Below are positions 37,577 through 49,903 of a stretch of DNA of 64,000 bases, piece after piece; the first letter of the stretch is position 1, and the number at the start of each line of letters is the position of its first letter. The DNA lies in the NCBI GenBank assembly GCA_964188305.1, contig OZ076895.1; one strand, 5' to 3'. Source of the DNA: Podarcis bocagei (lineage: Eukaryota). A program made the translations under genes and the position numbers. Below the pieces are notes generated by a model. The model ran no database searches and had not been told where the DNA came from. It was given only the letters and a program-made list of their open reading frames with translations.

Positions 37577-37992
37577 CAGTGGTGCCCTGCAAGACGAAAT
37601 TAATTCGTTCCGCAATTTTTGTCGTCTAGCGAATTTTTCGTCTTGCGAAGCACGAAATCCCATAGGAATGCATTGAAAATCAATTAATGCGTTCCTATGG
37701 TCAAAAAAAGTCGAAACAAAGCCAAATGTGGTACAACAACAGTTTATTAACTGCTCTTTAAAGTCACACATACTGTAAAGAGCAGTTCAAAAATTGAAGG
37801 GAAAATAAATTAACTTTATAAACAAAACATGTCTTTGTTTTTAGACAAAGGAAACAAAGCCGCGAGACGTTTTCGTCTTGCGAAACAAGCCCATAGGGAA
37901 ATTTCGTCTTGCGAGGCAAATCGAAAACGGAAAAACCTTTCGTCTAGCGAGTTTTTTGTCTTGCGAGGCATTCGTCTTGCGAGGTACCACTG
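37577..37992. mobile_element. Tc1/mariner-type MITE, same family as 32015-32907, opposite orientation, AT-rich interior
   Basis: TA|cagtggtgccctgcaagacg...cgtcttgcgaggtaccactg|TA; its first ~120 nt match the reverse complement of about 32789-32907. Confidence 0.9.
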
Positions 37993-40734
37993 TATATAGA
38001 TAACACTGGCATATATTATAGATTTGTTGTAAGGATTACAGAGAGAATGGCTAGGGTTAAAAGAAAGAAACACTTCAACCGAGCATGGGAAGTCTTATGA
38101 GATCTACTTTAAAAAACCCCCTGAAATGCTGAGTTCTGTCAACTGGAGCCAGGCACAAAATAATCACTGAAGGGCAGAGCTAGAAACAAAATGGCAGAGC
38201 CAATTACCTACTTACCCACCCCAGACACTGGGGTAATTTGCATATGCAATTGACAATATACTTCTGAGTACAGGTCAGGGATTCTAATTGCCACCTTTGT
38301 GGGGTGGGAAAATTTTTGCTGTGGTTATTGAACAACTGGGAGTCATAAGCTCTTGCTGATCTACAGCAAATTATCCAGTATTCCTCTTCCTACACTGTAG
38401 AAAACCATGTAGACTTCATTGTTTTTTTAAACAGCTAATTTGGGGGGGGGGCTAGATTGCAAATTGCTTCTGAACCCCCCCCCTTCTTATTCTCAAAAGC
38501 AGTTTATTGTGTTTCACATTCTACTGCCATTTACGAACAAGTTTAAAGTCTACTTGGTACTGACAAAATTAGCTGCTCAGCCCTTAAGATCCTGGACAAA
38601 GTTCATGAGGCCTCTAACACCGACTTCCCTAACCTGGCACTTTCCAGCTATTTTGGTCTACAACGCCCGTCAGCTTCAGCCAGCATAAAGTGTAGTATAA
38701 ATGCTTATGTATGTTCAGACTTTCTGCCCATCCTAATCCATGCACCTCACAGAAACAGTAGTTGCTGAGTAGCTTCCTACCCTCACTGCAGAACCATTGC
38801 AAAGGAGGCAACAACCCAGTCAGTCCCTGATTTGTTTTGTCAAAATTGCAATGGGGAATTATGGTTGACTTTATGGGCGGGGGTGGTGTTCAGACAAATA
38901 GCTGTCAGTTTGCTTAATTTTTTAAAAAGTCACAGAAAATGGAGATTATTTTAGGAACATTCTATACAAGGGGAAAAGCCAAAGGACATGTCAGAGGAGT
39001 GATGTTATCTCTGTCCCTGGCATTCCTTCTACCAAGAAGTTGGCTCGGTCAAGGATTGAAATAAATAAATCTTCTGTCAGCTTTCACAAAACAGCTAAGC
39101 GGGCTGCACACTTATGAAAAACAGCTCCTTTTGGTTGATCTGTGTACTGCTCATCGCCAAATGCTTCCAAAACATAAAACTGTTGAGGAATAAAACACTT
39201 GTCTATTTAAGGATGTTTACATCTTACAACCAGATTTTTTTAACTGCCATATTGGCACATTTACCCATAAAATAATGCAGCAGGATAATAGAACTTTTAA
39301 GTGACGCATCTGTATGCAATACTGGTGTAATAGTGGTACTGTATCTGCTTGACTTTAATAGTAAATGTGCCAATTATTTAACTTCCTTTGGTGGTGGATG
39401 GCTTGATGGATAGTGAGGTTGTATACTGAATACTTTTTCATATAAAACTACTAAATACTGTCTTCTCAGTTTGCCTTTGCAACAACCCTGTTGGATGGTT
39501 GCTGTTGTAACTTGCCCAGAGTGCAAAACTTACGGTAGTCATATAAATCTGTCTTACAACTAATCAGATTGGGCCAATGTTGCCCACTCAAACTATCAGG
39601 ATCTCTCCCAAGTTATTGGGACTTTCAGAAATCTGTTACAGTGGTCCTTTTAACTGGACATGTAGATTAAAACTGGAATCTTCAGCAAGCACAACATATG
39701 TTCTACCAGTGAGCTATGCCCTTTCCATTAAGTGTGTAACACTTTTAAACCATAAATGTCTTTTGGAATCAACTACACTATTCAGTATTGAAAGATTTAT
39801 GTAAATCATAACTAGGTTATTTGGTATATGTTTGTTGTGGTAACGGAGCCTGAGTAAGATATAAGTGTCTACTGTGTTGACATCTAAAATCAATTCATAT
39901 ATTATGAAATTATTTTTTTAACACACACAAAAATAGCCATAGATTATAATATAAAAATCAACCTACAGACTAAGCCATTTTAAACAATCATGTTACCCTA
40001 TTATAGAAATGTGATCCTAACTATAAGTATTTAACTCCAGTTATCAACAGTTAAACTTACCTTTATCAAATGAACATTAACAGGACTATTTATCCAGTTT
40101 GTTTCTAAAACTAACCTCATTTCTTGCTAACCATCGTTGTGTTATGAACGTCTTAAACTTGAACTAATTATTGCTTCTTCCTGGAATGGTAAAAATACTC
40201 CAGTAACTACATATCCTGCCAACAGTCCCCTTTTTATGTGCTCTGGAAACAGGCATATAATTGCAGTGGGGTCATTGCAGTGCAGTACAGTTTTGCCAGG
40301 GCCCTAACACTTAACAAAATCTTGTATCATGTCCTATGCCTGTTGTCTTCCTGCTCTGAATTTTATAGTCCTGTTGCTAGAAACATGGAACAGATCAAAA
40401 CAGAAGCAGTTGTTAAAATTTAAATGCTAGTGCAAATGTGAACTTGGTCATTATGCAGTCTGTTTTGAAATGTCACATTAATATTAAGCCCCTGAAAATT
40501 TGGGGACAGGAGTTGAGATTCACTGACTTTTAAAATCTTGGTTCCTGCATCACCCAATGCACTTTCATTACCCAAAATTCATTTTGCATTTGCTATGTAA
40601 GCTAAGATTGATAGACCACATTTCCAGACTAGGCCTCCTGGTTCTATAAGTTTGTTGTTGGGAAATGACAAAACTCGATTTTGGCAGAGTCTAGTTACGG
40701 TGGTGCTGACGATGGTGGTTTTTATCATCGTTAT

Positions 40735-40880
40735 GAGAGGTGGTGGACTCTCCTTTCTTAGAGTTTTTTAAAGCAGAGGTTAGATGACTATCTATCATGT
40801 TGAGATTCCTGCATAGTAGGGGATGGGACTAGATGACCCTCATGGTCCCTTCTAACTCTACAATTCTATGGTTCTATGAT
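40735..40880 (+). mobile_element. CR1 LINE 3' end
   Basis: ggtggtggactctcctt..ggactagatgaccctcatggtcccttctaactctacaattctatggttctatgatt, the CR1 terminal hairpin and octamer tail. Confidence 0.85.
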
Positions 40881-41239
40881 TTTATTATTATTTACCCTTC
40901 ATAGCTCTGGTGCAAATACCTACGAAAATGGACAAAAATATGAATAAGCTTTGATTGGTCATCTTTTTCATAGTAAGGGTAGTTAATGATTCACTCAGTG
41001 CTCTGTTTAGATTTTAAAAGAGGATTCTCGTCCATGTTAATAAGTGAGAAATGAGGGAAGAAGTGATAGCAGTTCCGTATTTATTAACCCAAACTATGGT
41101 TACCAGATTTTTTAAAATTAATCTGGGAGTCAGTAGTGGGGATGGTGAAGCAAAAGACCCTGGGCCCAAGCACACATGCATATTGTATAAAGGTGTAAAG
41201 CCCTTCTTTTGCACCCTGTGAAACATAAATGCGCAGAGA

Positions 41240-41650
41240 CTGGGCAACGGCGTTCCTCGCGCCCGTGACTCCGGAGCCTACCCTGATCTCCTTCCCCCTT
41301 CCCCCTTTGTTTTGACAGATCAGGGGAGGCTTGGGAGTCACGGGCGGGCAGCTGTTGCCAGGAGGTGCCAGCCTGGTAGTGCAGTTGGCTCTGGCTGGCT
41401 TCAGGAGCTGCTCGCTGTCGTGGTGCAGGAAAAATGGCGGGTGCCATGGCAGTGAGCAGCGAGCAGTTCCTGAAGCCAGCCAGAGCCAACTGCACTAAGA
41501 GACTGGCTCCAGGCTGCTGAGGCTGCCACTGCCATGCTTCCCAGGGACGGATTTGCAAATCTGGGGATATTATGACGACGGATTTTGTTCGGGGACAGAT
41601 TTGCAAATCCGGGGACTGTCCCCAAGAACAGCGGTTGTCTGGCAACCCTA
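41240..41650. repeat. GC-rich interspersed repeat ending in ctggcaacccta (probable DNA-transposon derivative)
   Basis: Abrupt CpG-rich block in an AT-rich intron, duplicated gatttgcaaatc.gggga motif; its terminus is the reverse complement of tagggttgcc, which also starts a block at 42656. Confidence 0.45.
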
Positions 41651-42121
41651 ATCCAAACCAATGAGCATAAACATATATATGCATGCAACAGACTGAGGTG
41701 GGAGAGAAGACTTGTATACCATTTTTGAATGCTCCCCTAGGTTTAAAAAATACAGCAACAACAATTGAACTCTAGTAGAAAGAAATGCAGCATAGCAAAG
41801 AAAGGGGTTCTTCTTCAGTTTTCTCCTTGGAGGTGGTTGCTCTGCCCAACAGTCTCCTCACTGGGCCACATGTGTGAATTAAGCCTACACCTCTTACGTT
41901 GTCAATATAAGGTAGACATTTTCCAGAAACAAAGCAGAAATTCCCTCTTATTAGTTCTTTTCAAATCCTGCTTTTTAGTAGCAGTTTTCATGGTCAAATC
42001 TCTTATTAGGAGAATCAACCAGAATCAAATTTTGCTCATTGATGGAAACAAATACAATACTTTCACAGTCCGGTTCAATGCTCATAATGCTCTTTCCCCC
42101 CTGTTAATTTTTGTTCCCCAG

Positions 42122-42317
42122 TTCCCAGTGTAAATGGCGTAGAGGAACCCAGCATTGCAAAGAGACTGCGTGGCACACCAGAGCGGATTGAACTGGAGAA
42201 TTACCGTCTCTCGGTACAACGGGAAGAGGAGTTGGAAGAAGTCCCTGAGGAGACCTTGGCAGAGCACAACCTGAGCAGCGTGCTAGACAAAGGAACAGAA
42301 GAGGATGTACCCAGCAG
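42122..42317 (+). CDS. MICAL3: MICAL3 exon (VPSVNGVEEPSIAKRLRGTPERIELENYRLSVQREEELEEVPEETLAEHNLSSVLDKGTEEDVPS), phase 1-2
   Basis: ttgttccccag| acceptor, CAG|gttatt donor; strong match to recalled human MICAL3. Confidence 0.96.
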
Positions 42318-44768
42318 GTTATTTTTCTTTTTTAAAAAGCCTTAATTTATTTAAAATATGACTTGGCTGCCTTTCTAAAGAATGCCTGTTCAAGGTGGCT
42401 TGAAAGAGTAGAAGTTTAAAAAAATGTCAATAATACAAAAAGGCTCAGAGTTTCCCCCTTAAAAACCAATAAGGCTTGTATCAAATGCAGTACAACGCTG
42501 AATAGGGATTCTCACATGTGCAACAGGACTTTCTCCCCTCTCCTCCACCTGCATATGCCGTATGCCCTCTCCAAATCTACTCTGGAGGGTTGGGGGACCC
42601 CCCAGAACAAATTTATGGGGTGCAGAGGAGAGAAGGGAGGAAGTCTCATTGCGCTAGGGTTGCCGTATTTCAAAAAGTGGAAATCTGGACACAAAAGTTG
42701 TTGAGCTTTTTCTTTTCTGCCAAAGTTTCTGAGCAACTTTTAATGAAATTTGGAAAAATCTCCACTTCCAACATGGGCTGCCATATGTCCAGATTTTCAC
42801 AGACGTTTCAGCGATTTTCTGCCCAAATGCTGTTTAAGAGAGCCGAATACCGGCTGTGTCTGGGAAATTCTGGAGGTATGTTGTGCAAGCAGGAATTCTT
42901 GTGCTTATGGGGCACTTAGCACTACATTAGACAGAAGCCAAAACATTCTCAGCCAGCTAGTTAAAATACATTTCACAGTTCTAACAACCACAAGCCAAGC
43001 CAAAAAGCACTAAGCAGGAATAGGCCAGTCAGAGAACAGATAACTTTCAAACCTTTTAAAAAACTTGAAGTAAAACTTGCAGTAATACAAAGTGCAATGA
43101 AACAGAACAAAAAAAGGAAGAAGTTACTATTGAAATAACAACCATATCCATGCAAAATAATCAGATAAGACAAATTGCATCATAAGCCAGTTTGCAAGCC
43201 AAAGTGTGCTTGAAGGTGCCTAGTCCTGAGAGATGTGACCGGCTGGGCCTTGTTCTCTCCCCCTCCATCCACTGTGAGTGGAAAAGGAACTTGGGGAATA
43301 TGATTTTTAGCTGAAGGGAAACTTTAGTTTATCATTTTTAAAGGCATTTACAGGTCATCTTTCTGGACAAAGTCCTCTCAAGGTGGAAAGGGGTTAAGCA
43401 GCTTCACCTCACTTTTCTTCCACTTGAACACAGCTTGCACTAGGATCCTTTCTGCTTTAAAAGAAATATTTTAGAAGAAAGAACCTGAATTCCACTTTTT
43501 TTTGTAATTTGAGCATGTGTTCTGCACTTTGACTGGGAGTTGCATACTATTTTTAAGTGTCAGTAAACATAAAACTGACTTTTTTCCTTCTTCCAACAAA
43601 GCAAAGCCAACATTCCTCCTTGAGGGCCTAGCTATCTGTCAGGCAATGTACTGAAATAAAAAGCTGTTTTTAAAAAATAATTCTTAACACAAATGTTTGG
43701 AAAAACACATTCTTAGGAGTTGAGAAAATCACAACGAACATTTCTTTGTCTAGATAAAATTCCCAAAAGGATTATGCATTTCTGAAGTTTGCCCATAATT
43801 TCACTTAACAGCCTGGTTTTAAAAAGTTGTGAAAAACCTGTTCCCACGTCTTTTGTGAAAATAGATGGCTAAGCAACAAATGGAAGGTTTCACAGTTTGT
43901 GTGAATAAAGACAGAATCCCACTGCTATTCTTAATTGCAACAAAAGTAACAATATTTTTGCCAGGGAACAAACAAAAGAAAAATGAGATAAATTTAGTGT
44001 ATACTTTTGCTGCTACAATTCTAAGTGAAATGAGTTGGAGATATGTACCTCCTAATCTTTTCAAATATTTTTTGTACTGGAGAATTTCCTGCTGGACTTT
44101 GTCCAATAAAAATGGATAGGGGGAAAGGGTAAAACATATGACAAAAGAAGGGTGAATTCCTGTTGATTTAGCCTCCAGGAGAGGAGGAGCTTGCTTTTCT
44201 AAGAGGAATATGTAACAGGCCTATAAAGATTAAATGTTGTTTTCTTCTTCTAATGGGATCATTCCTCAGTAAGGCGTGTGCTGAAATGAAAGAGGCTGTC
44301 ATTCCATTGATGCTGATTGTGTCTGAGTGGGGGGGGGGGCACTAGTTACCTTCCTCTCATGACTGGCTCTTTTTCACTTTGGAATAAGGGACCACAGAGA
44401 CCTCAAATTGGCTGCAAACTGGGAGTGGGAAATAAAACCCCTCAACAATTGACATGTAGGTTGTGTTTCAGTGCTAAATTCTGATTCAGTTCTGTTTTGA
44501 ATGACCCCATTCTGTCATAGTCAAGAGCAGGGGTGGGGAACATGTGGCAGTGGTTGTGGGAAAGTGGCCTCGTGGACTCGCTTGCAGGCCAAGATTGGTC
44601 TATGGGCCGAAAGTTCCCCACTCCTGGAATAGATGGACAAATATTCTGACCTGGTTTGAGGCAGTTTTGTTGGCTATGGTTATTTTAAAACAATCATCTG
44701 CTTGTACGCACAGGGGGGGAAACCCAGTTGAAGTATCATCTACTAACTTTCCTGATTTTCCTCTGCAG

Positions 44769-45010
44769 TAGTTCAGAATCTGAGATGGAAGAGGAGGAGG
44801 AGGAGGAGGAGGAGGAACAGCCACAGCAGCCCACTTCTGACCTGGGTGGTGTGCCTTGGAAAGAGGCTGTGCGGATCCATGCCATGCTGAAGGGCAAGAG
44901 TGAGGAAGAGCTGGACACAGAGAAGAATCATGACAATGAAGCAGAGGAGGAAGAGGAAGAAGAAGAAGAGGAGGAGGAGGGGGAAGAAGAGGAAGAAGTC
45001 TCTAGTGAAG
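44769..45010 (+). CDS. MICAL3: MICAL3 acidic exon (SSESEMEEEE..SDLGGVPWKEAVRIHAMLKGKSEEE..EVSSE), phase 2-1
   Basis: ctctgcag| acceptor (CAGTAG tandem), AAG|gttagt donor; conserved DLGGVPWKEAVRIHA core between poly-Glu tracts. Confidence 0.96.
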
Positions 45011-45444
45011 GTTAGTAGATAGTTTTGATTGCTTCTCATGATATGGATTCGGATATGTATATTAATTTTATTTTTCAATGCTATTCAATTTATATCTTGC
45101 CATTGATCCTGAAGGAGCCCAGGCTGGCATATTGATCACAGATTGCCATCATACAGAATAGATAATCAAATATAAAGTGCATCTCCCATTTCTTTTGGAA
45201 AACTTGGAAGTCAGTGCAAAGACTGCAAACCTGCTGGAGACTCGTGTTTACGGACTACTGGGAAGTCCCAAGGAAAAGCTTTAGAAGAAGTATTTGGGCC
45301 CGAGGTGGTGGTCTTCATCAAGTTGGCAGTTATTAAAATTGTATTTTCTCTAACTTATCTTGCTCTCTCGCTCTCTCTGGTTTTCATCTCTGTAACACTG
45401 TTCCAGGTTTTCATTTTTCAGTCTGCAAATTTACGTCTGGGAAT

Positions 45445-46402
45445 CAACATAGAATTGGAAGGAACCCCAAGGGTCATCCGGCCCAACCCCCTGCAATGCA
45501 GGAATTTCAGCAAGATCATACATGACAGGTGGCCATCCAACCTCTGTTTAAACACCTCCAAGGAATAACAGTCCACCACCTCTTGTGAGAGTCTATTCCA
45601 CTGTCGAACAGCTCTTAACTGTCAGAAAGATCTTCCTGATGTTTAGTCAAAATCTCCTTTCTTGTAACTTGAATCCACTGGTTCATGTCCTATCCTCCTG
45701 AGGAGAAGAAAACAAGCGTGCTCCATCCTCCATGTGACAGCCCTTTAGATATTTGAAGATGGTTATCGTATCTCCTCTCAGTCTCTCCTTAGCAAGCTAA
45801 ACATACCACATTTCCTCAATCATTCCTTATAAGACTTGGCTTCCAGACCCTTGCTCACCTTAGTCACCATTTTCTGCACACGTTCCAACTTGTCATTATC
45901 CTTCTTAAATTGTGGTGCCTAGAACTGGGCACAGTACTTCAGGTGTGGTCTGACCAAAGCAGAATAGAGCAGGACTAGTGACTTCCCTTGATCGGGACAC
46001 TGTGCTTCTGTTGATGCAGCCTAGAATAGAAGTAGCTTTCTTCCTTTTTTGCTGCTGCATGTTGACTCCTACGAAACTTGTGGTCTACTAAAACCCCTAG
46101 ATCCTTTTCACATGTACTATTTGCAATCCAGGTGTCACCCATCTTACATTTGTGCACCTGGATCTTCCTGCCCAGGTGTAGAACTTTACATTGGTCCCTA
46201 CTGAAATTCATTTTGTTAGTTATGACCCAGGTCTGCAATCTGTTGAGGTCATCTGGAATCCCCATTCTGTCTTCTGCAGCATTGGCTGCCCCTCCCAGTT
46301 TTGAGTCACCTGCAAATTGGATGCGTATCCCCTCCATACCTACATCCAAGTCATTCATAAAGATATTGAACAACACTGGGCCCAAGACAGAACCTTGCAG
46401 CA
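45445..46402 (-). mobile_element. Older CR1 LINE 3' fragment with disrupted ORF2
   Basis: ORF 45975..46424 QGSVLGPVLFNIFMNDLD..FAGDSKLGG..KCKMGDTW..CEKDLGVLVDHK; colinear with the 36370 copy but frameshifted. Confidence 0.93.
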
Positions 46403-46499
46403 TCCCAGTTGTCATGCGTTGCATTCAGGCTTAAAACAGAGTTATAATTTGAGGAGCCTGTTCGACAGGCAGGTACTCCTCCATAACAAAAGGCTTGGG

Positions 46500-46685
46500 G
46501 AAGAGCCAAAGCTTAATTGTACAATGCACGTTTTGCATGCAAAAACACCCTGGGCTCAATCCCCGGCAGTTTTGGGTAGGGCTGGGTGAGACCTGACTGA
46601 AACCCTGGAGAGCTACCATCAGACAATGTAGGCTATACTGAGCTAGATGGATAAATGCTCTACAGGTAGCTTTTTATGATCCTAC
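46500..46685 (+). mobile_element. Degenerate tRNA-derived SINE (Squam2-like); related minus-strand copies near 29400-29560, 31020-31110 and 35700-35870
   Basis: ttttgcatgcaaaaacaccctgggctcaatccccggcag..gggtagggctggg..tactgagctagatgga pattern. Confidence 0.55.
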
Positions 46686-48219
46686 ATGATGGCAGCTGGG
46701 TGAGCTCAAAGGTTCATTGCCAGGGTTAGGGAAGTAATGAAAGATTGATTTGCCTGCAGGCCAAGGAAGTAGTTCAGTAGCAGGGTGAAGAGGCAAGTCA
46801 GGGCTGGAACTGTGATTCAGTAAATAGGTTAAGTGAAAAGTTTGGCATGTTTCTGTGGCTGTTGGTGATGAAATGTTCAGAGGCTGTATTTATTTGGCCT
46901 TGGATGTGTTTGCATAGGTTTAGAGTCTATCACAGCTCAGAACTAGGAGCCAGCAGCAAAGGCCTGTGAATAGCAGAAAGGTTGGACAAAGCTTTGCTTC
47001 CAGACCAGAAGGACCCCTGCTTTTAGTTATATAGGGGTCTGCACTTGGATCAAAAATTGGATTCCCCCCCCCCCTCCTCAGCTCCTTTATGACTGGATTA
47101 ATTGGGGGTGGAAAACCACATGTCTGAACTAGGGATTACCACCTAAGGTAGTTGGGAAATCAAGAGTGAGTCACAAAAAGTGTTATGTGTAGATACTCAT
47201 GCTTGCATCTAATGGCAACAGTTCTGCATTAACTGCTTAAGGGAGTATCAGTTACAGATCAGAACAGGCAGGTGTCTCAGTTATTGAAAGGTTTGGGAAC
47301 CATAAATCTGCATAATATTCAGTCTTCAGGGATTTATAGGGTGTTGGCATTTTAAATTACTTTTGAGGATTGTTTGTGGAGATAGAAGGCTTTGCTGCTC
47401 AAGTCACTTTTTTGTCGTGGTGGCTGGTACCTGATCAGTTTCATCAGACATAAATCTTTGGTGGGTGGGGCTCTTCCAAATGAGGAGTTCAGCTTTCAAA
47501 ATGGGCCTCCTTTGCCAGAGAACTCACAGATCTCTTGCAGCACCTGTTTAAGAACAAAGTGCCTTTTCAGTAAAGGCCATTGATGAGTTAAAGACAACAG
47601 AGATCAAGGCAGCTTCAATTGTGCTATTAAACAGACCAAGGAACTTGCTGTTGGAGTTATCACTACAAAATATTTCTGTACCTGAATATTGTAAAGTTGC
47701 ATCTTGGAGACAGATAATCCGGCACCTTCTGCTTCAAGCAGGTTTACAAATGTGAAGTTCTCAGAATTCCTTTACCACCAGCTCACTTAAATTTGCACAT
47801 CAGAAAGAAATTTAGTTGATGAATGCCTTGGAACAGAAGAGCATTTTCAAGCATGATTTTTTTTCCCCTGAACAGATATTGCTTTTTGGCAAGGAAATTA
47901 CTTGTAACCCTAAATATAGCTGTGATTAATTTATATATACCTATCATGAAGAAGGAAAGAGTTTTTTGCAACAGGCACACACAACAAAGTAGACAGGTAT
48001 TCATCATATGGGGTGGTGTCCCTATGCATTGCATTTAATTCTGTACACGTAAGTGAAATCTGTGTAAGGTTTCTTATAGGTGAAGCAGTCCTGAACCTTT
48101 CTGGATTTCCCTAAAACACCCCTGTGTTCTTTCTGATTCTCTGTCCTTCTCTTTTTCTTTGTTCTGCTCTAATTTCTGTATCAATGCTATTTGTTGATGT
48201 GTGACTCCCCCTGCTGTAG

Positions 48220-48309
48220 AGGGAGAGTATTACCCTTGGGAGAGAGAACTTCAGCAAGGCCTCTGGCTTCAACGTCTCTCAAATGAAGAGGACACGGGTA
48301 CATTTAAAG
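48220..48309 (+). CDS. MICAL3: MICAL3 cassette exon, 90 nt, phase 1-1 (EGEYYPWERELQQGLWLQRLSNEEDTGTFK)
   Basis: Long pyrimidine tract, ctgctgtag| acceptor, AAG|gtaccc donor (second in-frame donor after 48297); frame-preserving; absent from the canonical human sequence as I recall it. Confidence 0.68.
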
Positions 48310-49765
48310 GTACCCTCACATTGTCATCACCTCCCCTAAAGGGGGGGGGCATTTTACAAAGAGCAGGCTTCACACGAAGCAACATATTTTTTTAAAAGTT
48401 GTTTCACCAAATTAGTTGTAATTGAGAATTACTGTTAACTTCCAGATAAGGAGCGAACAAAACCTGTAAATTTACAGCTCAAATTCTGTTTGTTTGCTTT
48501 CTTGCATTGAATGCAACATCTGTGTGTCTGATTAAAGACTTCTGTGATCAAAGAGAGGATGCGCCTGCCCATCTTCTGTTCCTATTTCTGCTTTGATTCT
48601 CTGGGAAGACTGTGAAAGGTGCTGAGATGCCTACTTTATCTCATGAACCATATTCCTTTTGTTCCTTTTTTGCAGAATACATGATACACTGAAACAAAAA
48701 GCTTCAGTGCTTTATATGCAGTTTCAGTTATTATTGTACAAATCAGATAAAGGACACAGGAGTAATGACTGTTAACAAGGCTAATTAGCTGCCCTCAGAT
48801 AAACATCTGTATCTCTCTCTCACACACACACAAATTCCCATTGGAGAAATGTTCATTTAAGGTCTCTTAACTAGCCAAGTGACATTGGGAATGGTGAAAT
48901 GCATTCAGAATAAGAAGGTACAGTTTGGGATGATAGGGTGAGGCCTGCTCTTTGGAAGCCTTGCTAGGTTTCTATAAATTTCCCTTCTACTCTTAATTCT
49001 TGCTGGTTGAAACTCACCCTTCTAACTCCTAATGCTGTGTGATGTGGTATAAACACTAACTCTACTTACCCAAGGACTTGCATCAAGGGGACTTGACAGC
49101 ACAAGGTGCCATGTGGCCACCAGGATTCATCACTCACTTCTGAATAGCATTTTTCCTTTCACAGTTCAGTTTTATAACTCAATTTGTGTCAAATTAGAAA
49201 GGTATTAATTAAAAATAGGACAGTCATGTTACTTTTTGAAATGCTTTTGTCTAGAAAAGAAGGGGGAACACAGAAGTCACTTTTATATATATAAATCATT
49301 CTGTAATGTCATCTTCCTGGGCTTTCTTAGTATTAAGCAAAGAATGCTAAAAAGTGCAGGTTTGTGTACTTTTCTATGAACATGGATATCCAGTTACTAA
49401 CAGACTGTGACTTTTTCCTATAATAATACTTAAAAGGAAAACTTAGAGATGGTGAATTCTTGATTAATAATATGCACCATTGAACCATTTTTGGCATGGA
49501 GTGGAATTTCCAAACTGCAGTCCTGTCTGTGCATGTGTGGGAGAGGGCGAGTGAGTCTGGAGGGGAGCATATACATGCATGATGCTGAATTTTACCTGTC
49601 TTCTTTTGCCAGCTGATCTCCGCAAGTAACTTCTTTCATTTTTCCCTCCCTTTCCCTGCATTTCTTTCCTATTGTGTGTGCTCCTTTTCCTTCCCTCTCT
49701 TTTTCCTCCCTTTTATCCCTTGCCACTCCATCAACATGATCCACCATTGGCCTCTTGTCTGCTAG

Positions 49766-49903
49766 CTGGAAACCTGAGGCTGCAGCAGATAGTAAATCCG
49801 ATTGATCCACTGGAGATCTTGGCAGATGTGCATTGGACACACATCCGTCAGAAAGAGGAGGAGGAAAAACTGGGCCCTACTTCTAAGTCCTCCACCTCCA
49901 GAG
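49766..49903 (+). CDS. MICAL3: MICAL3 exon (AGNLRLQQIVNPIDPLEILADVHWTHIRQKEEEEKLGPTSKSSTSR), phase 1-1
   Basis: tctgctag| acceptor, GAG|gtaaac donor; matches recalled human AGNQRLQQ..DPLEIQADVHWTHIRE. Confidence 0.94.

Noticed and set aside
41130-41688. 184-aa minus-strand ORF and CpG-rich patch as a nested gene or promoter
   Set aside because: Coincides with a repeat-like block with a transposon-type terminus; no domain similarity or exon structure.
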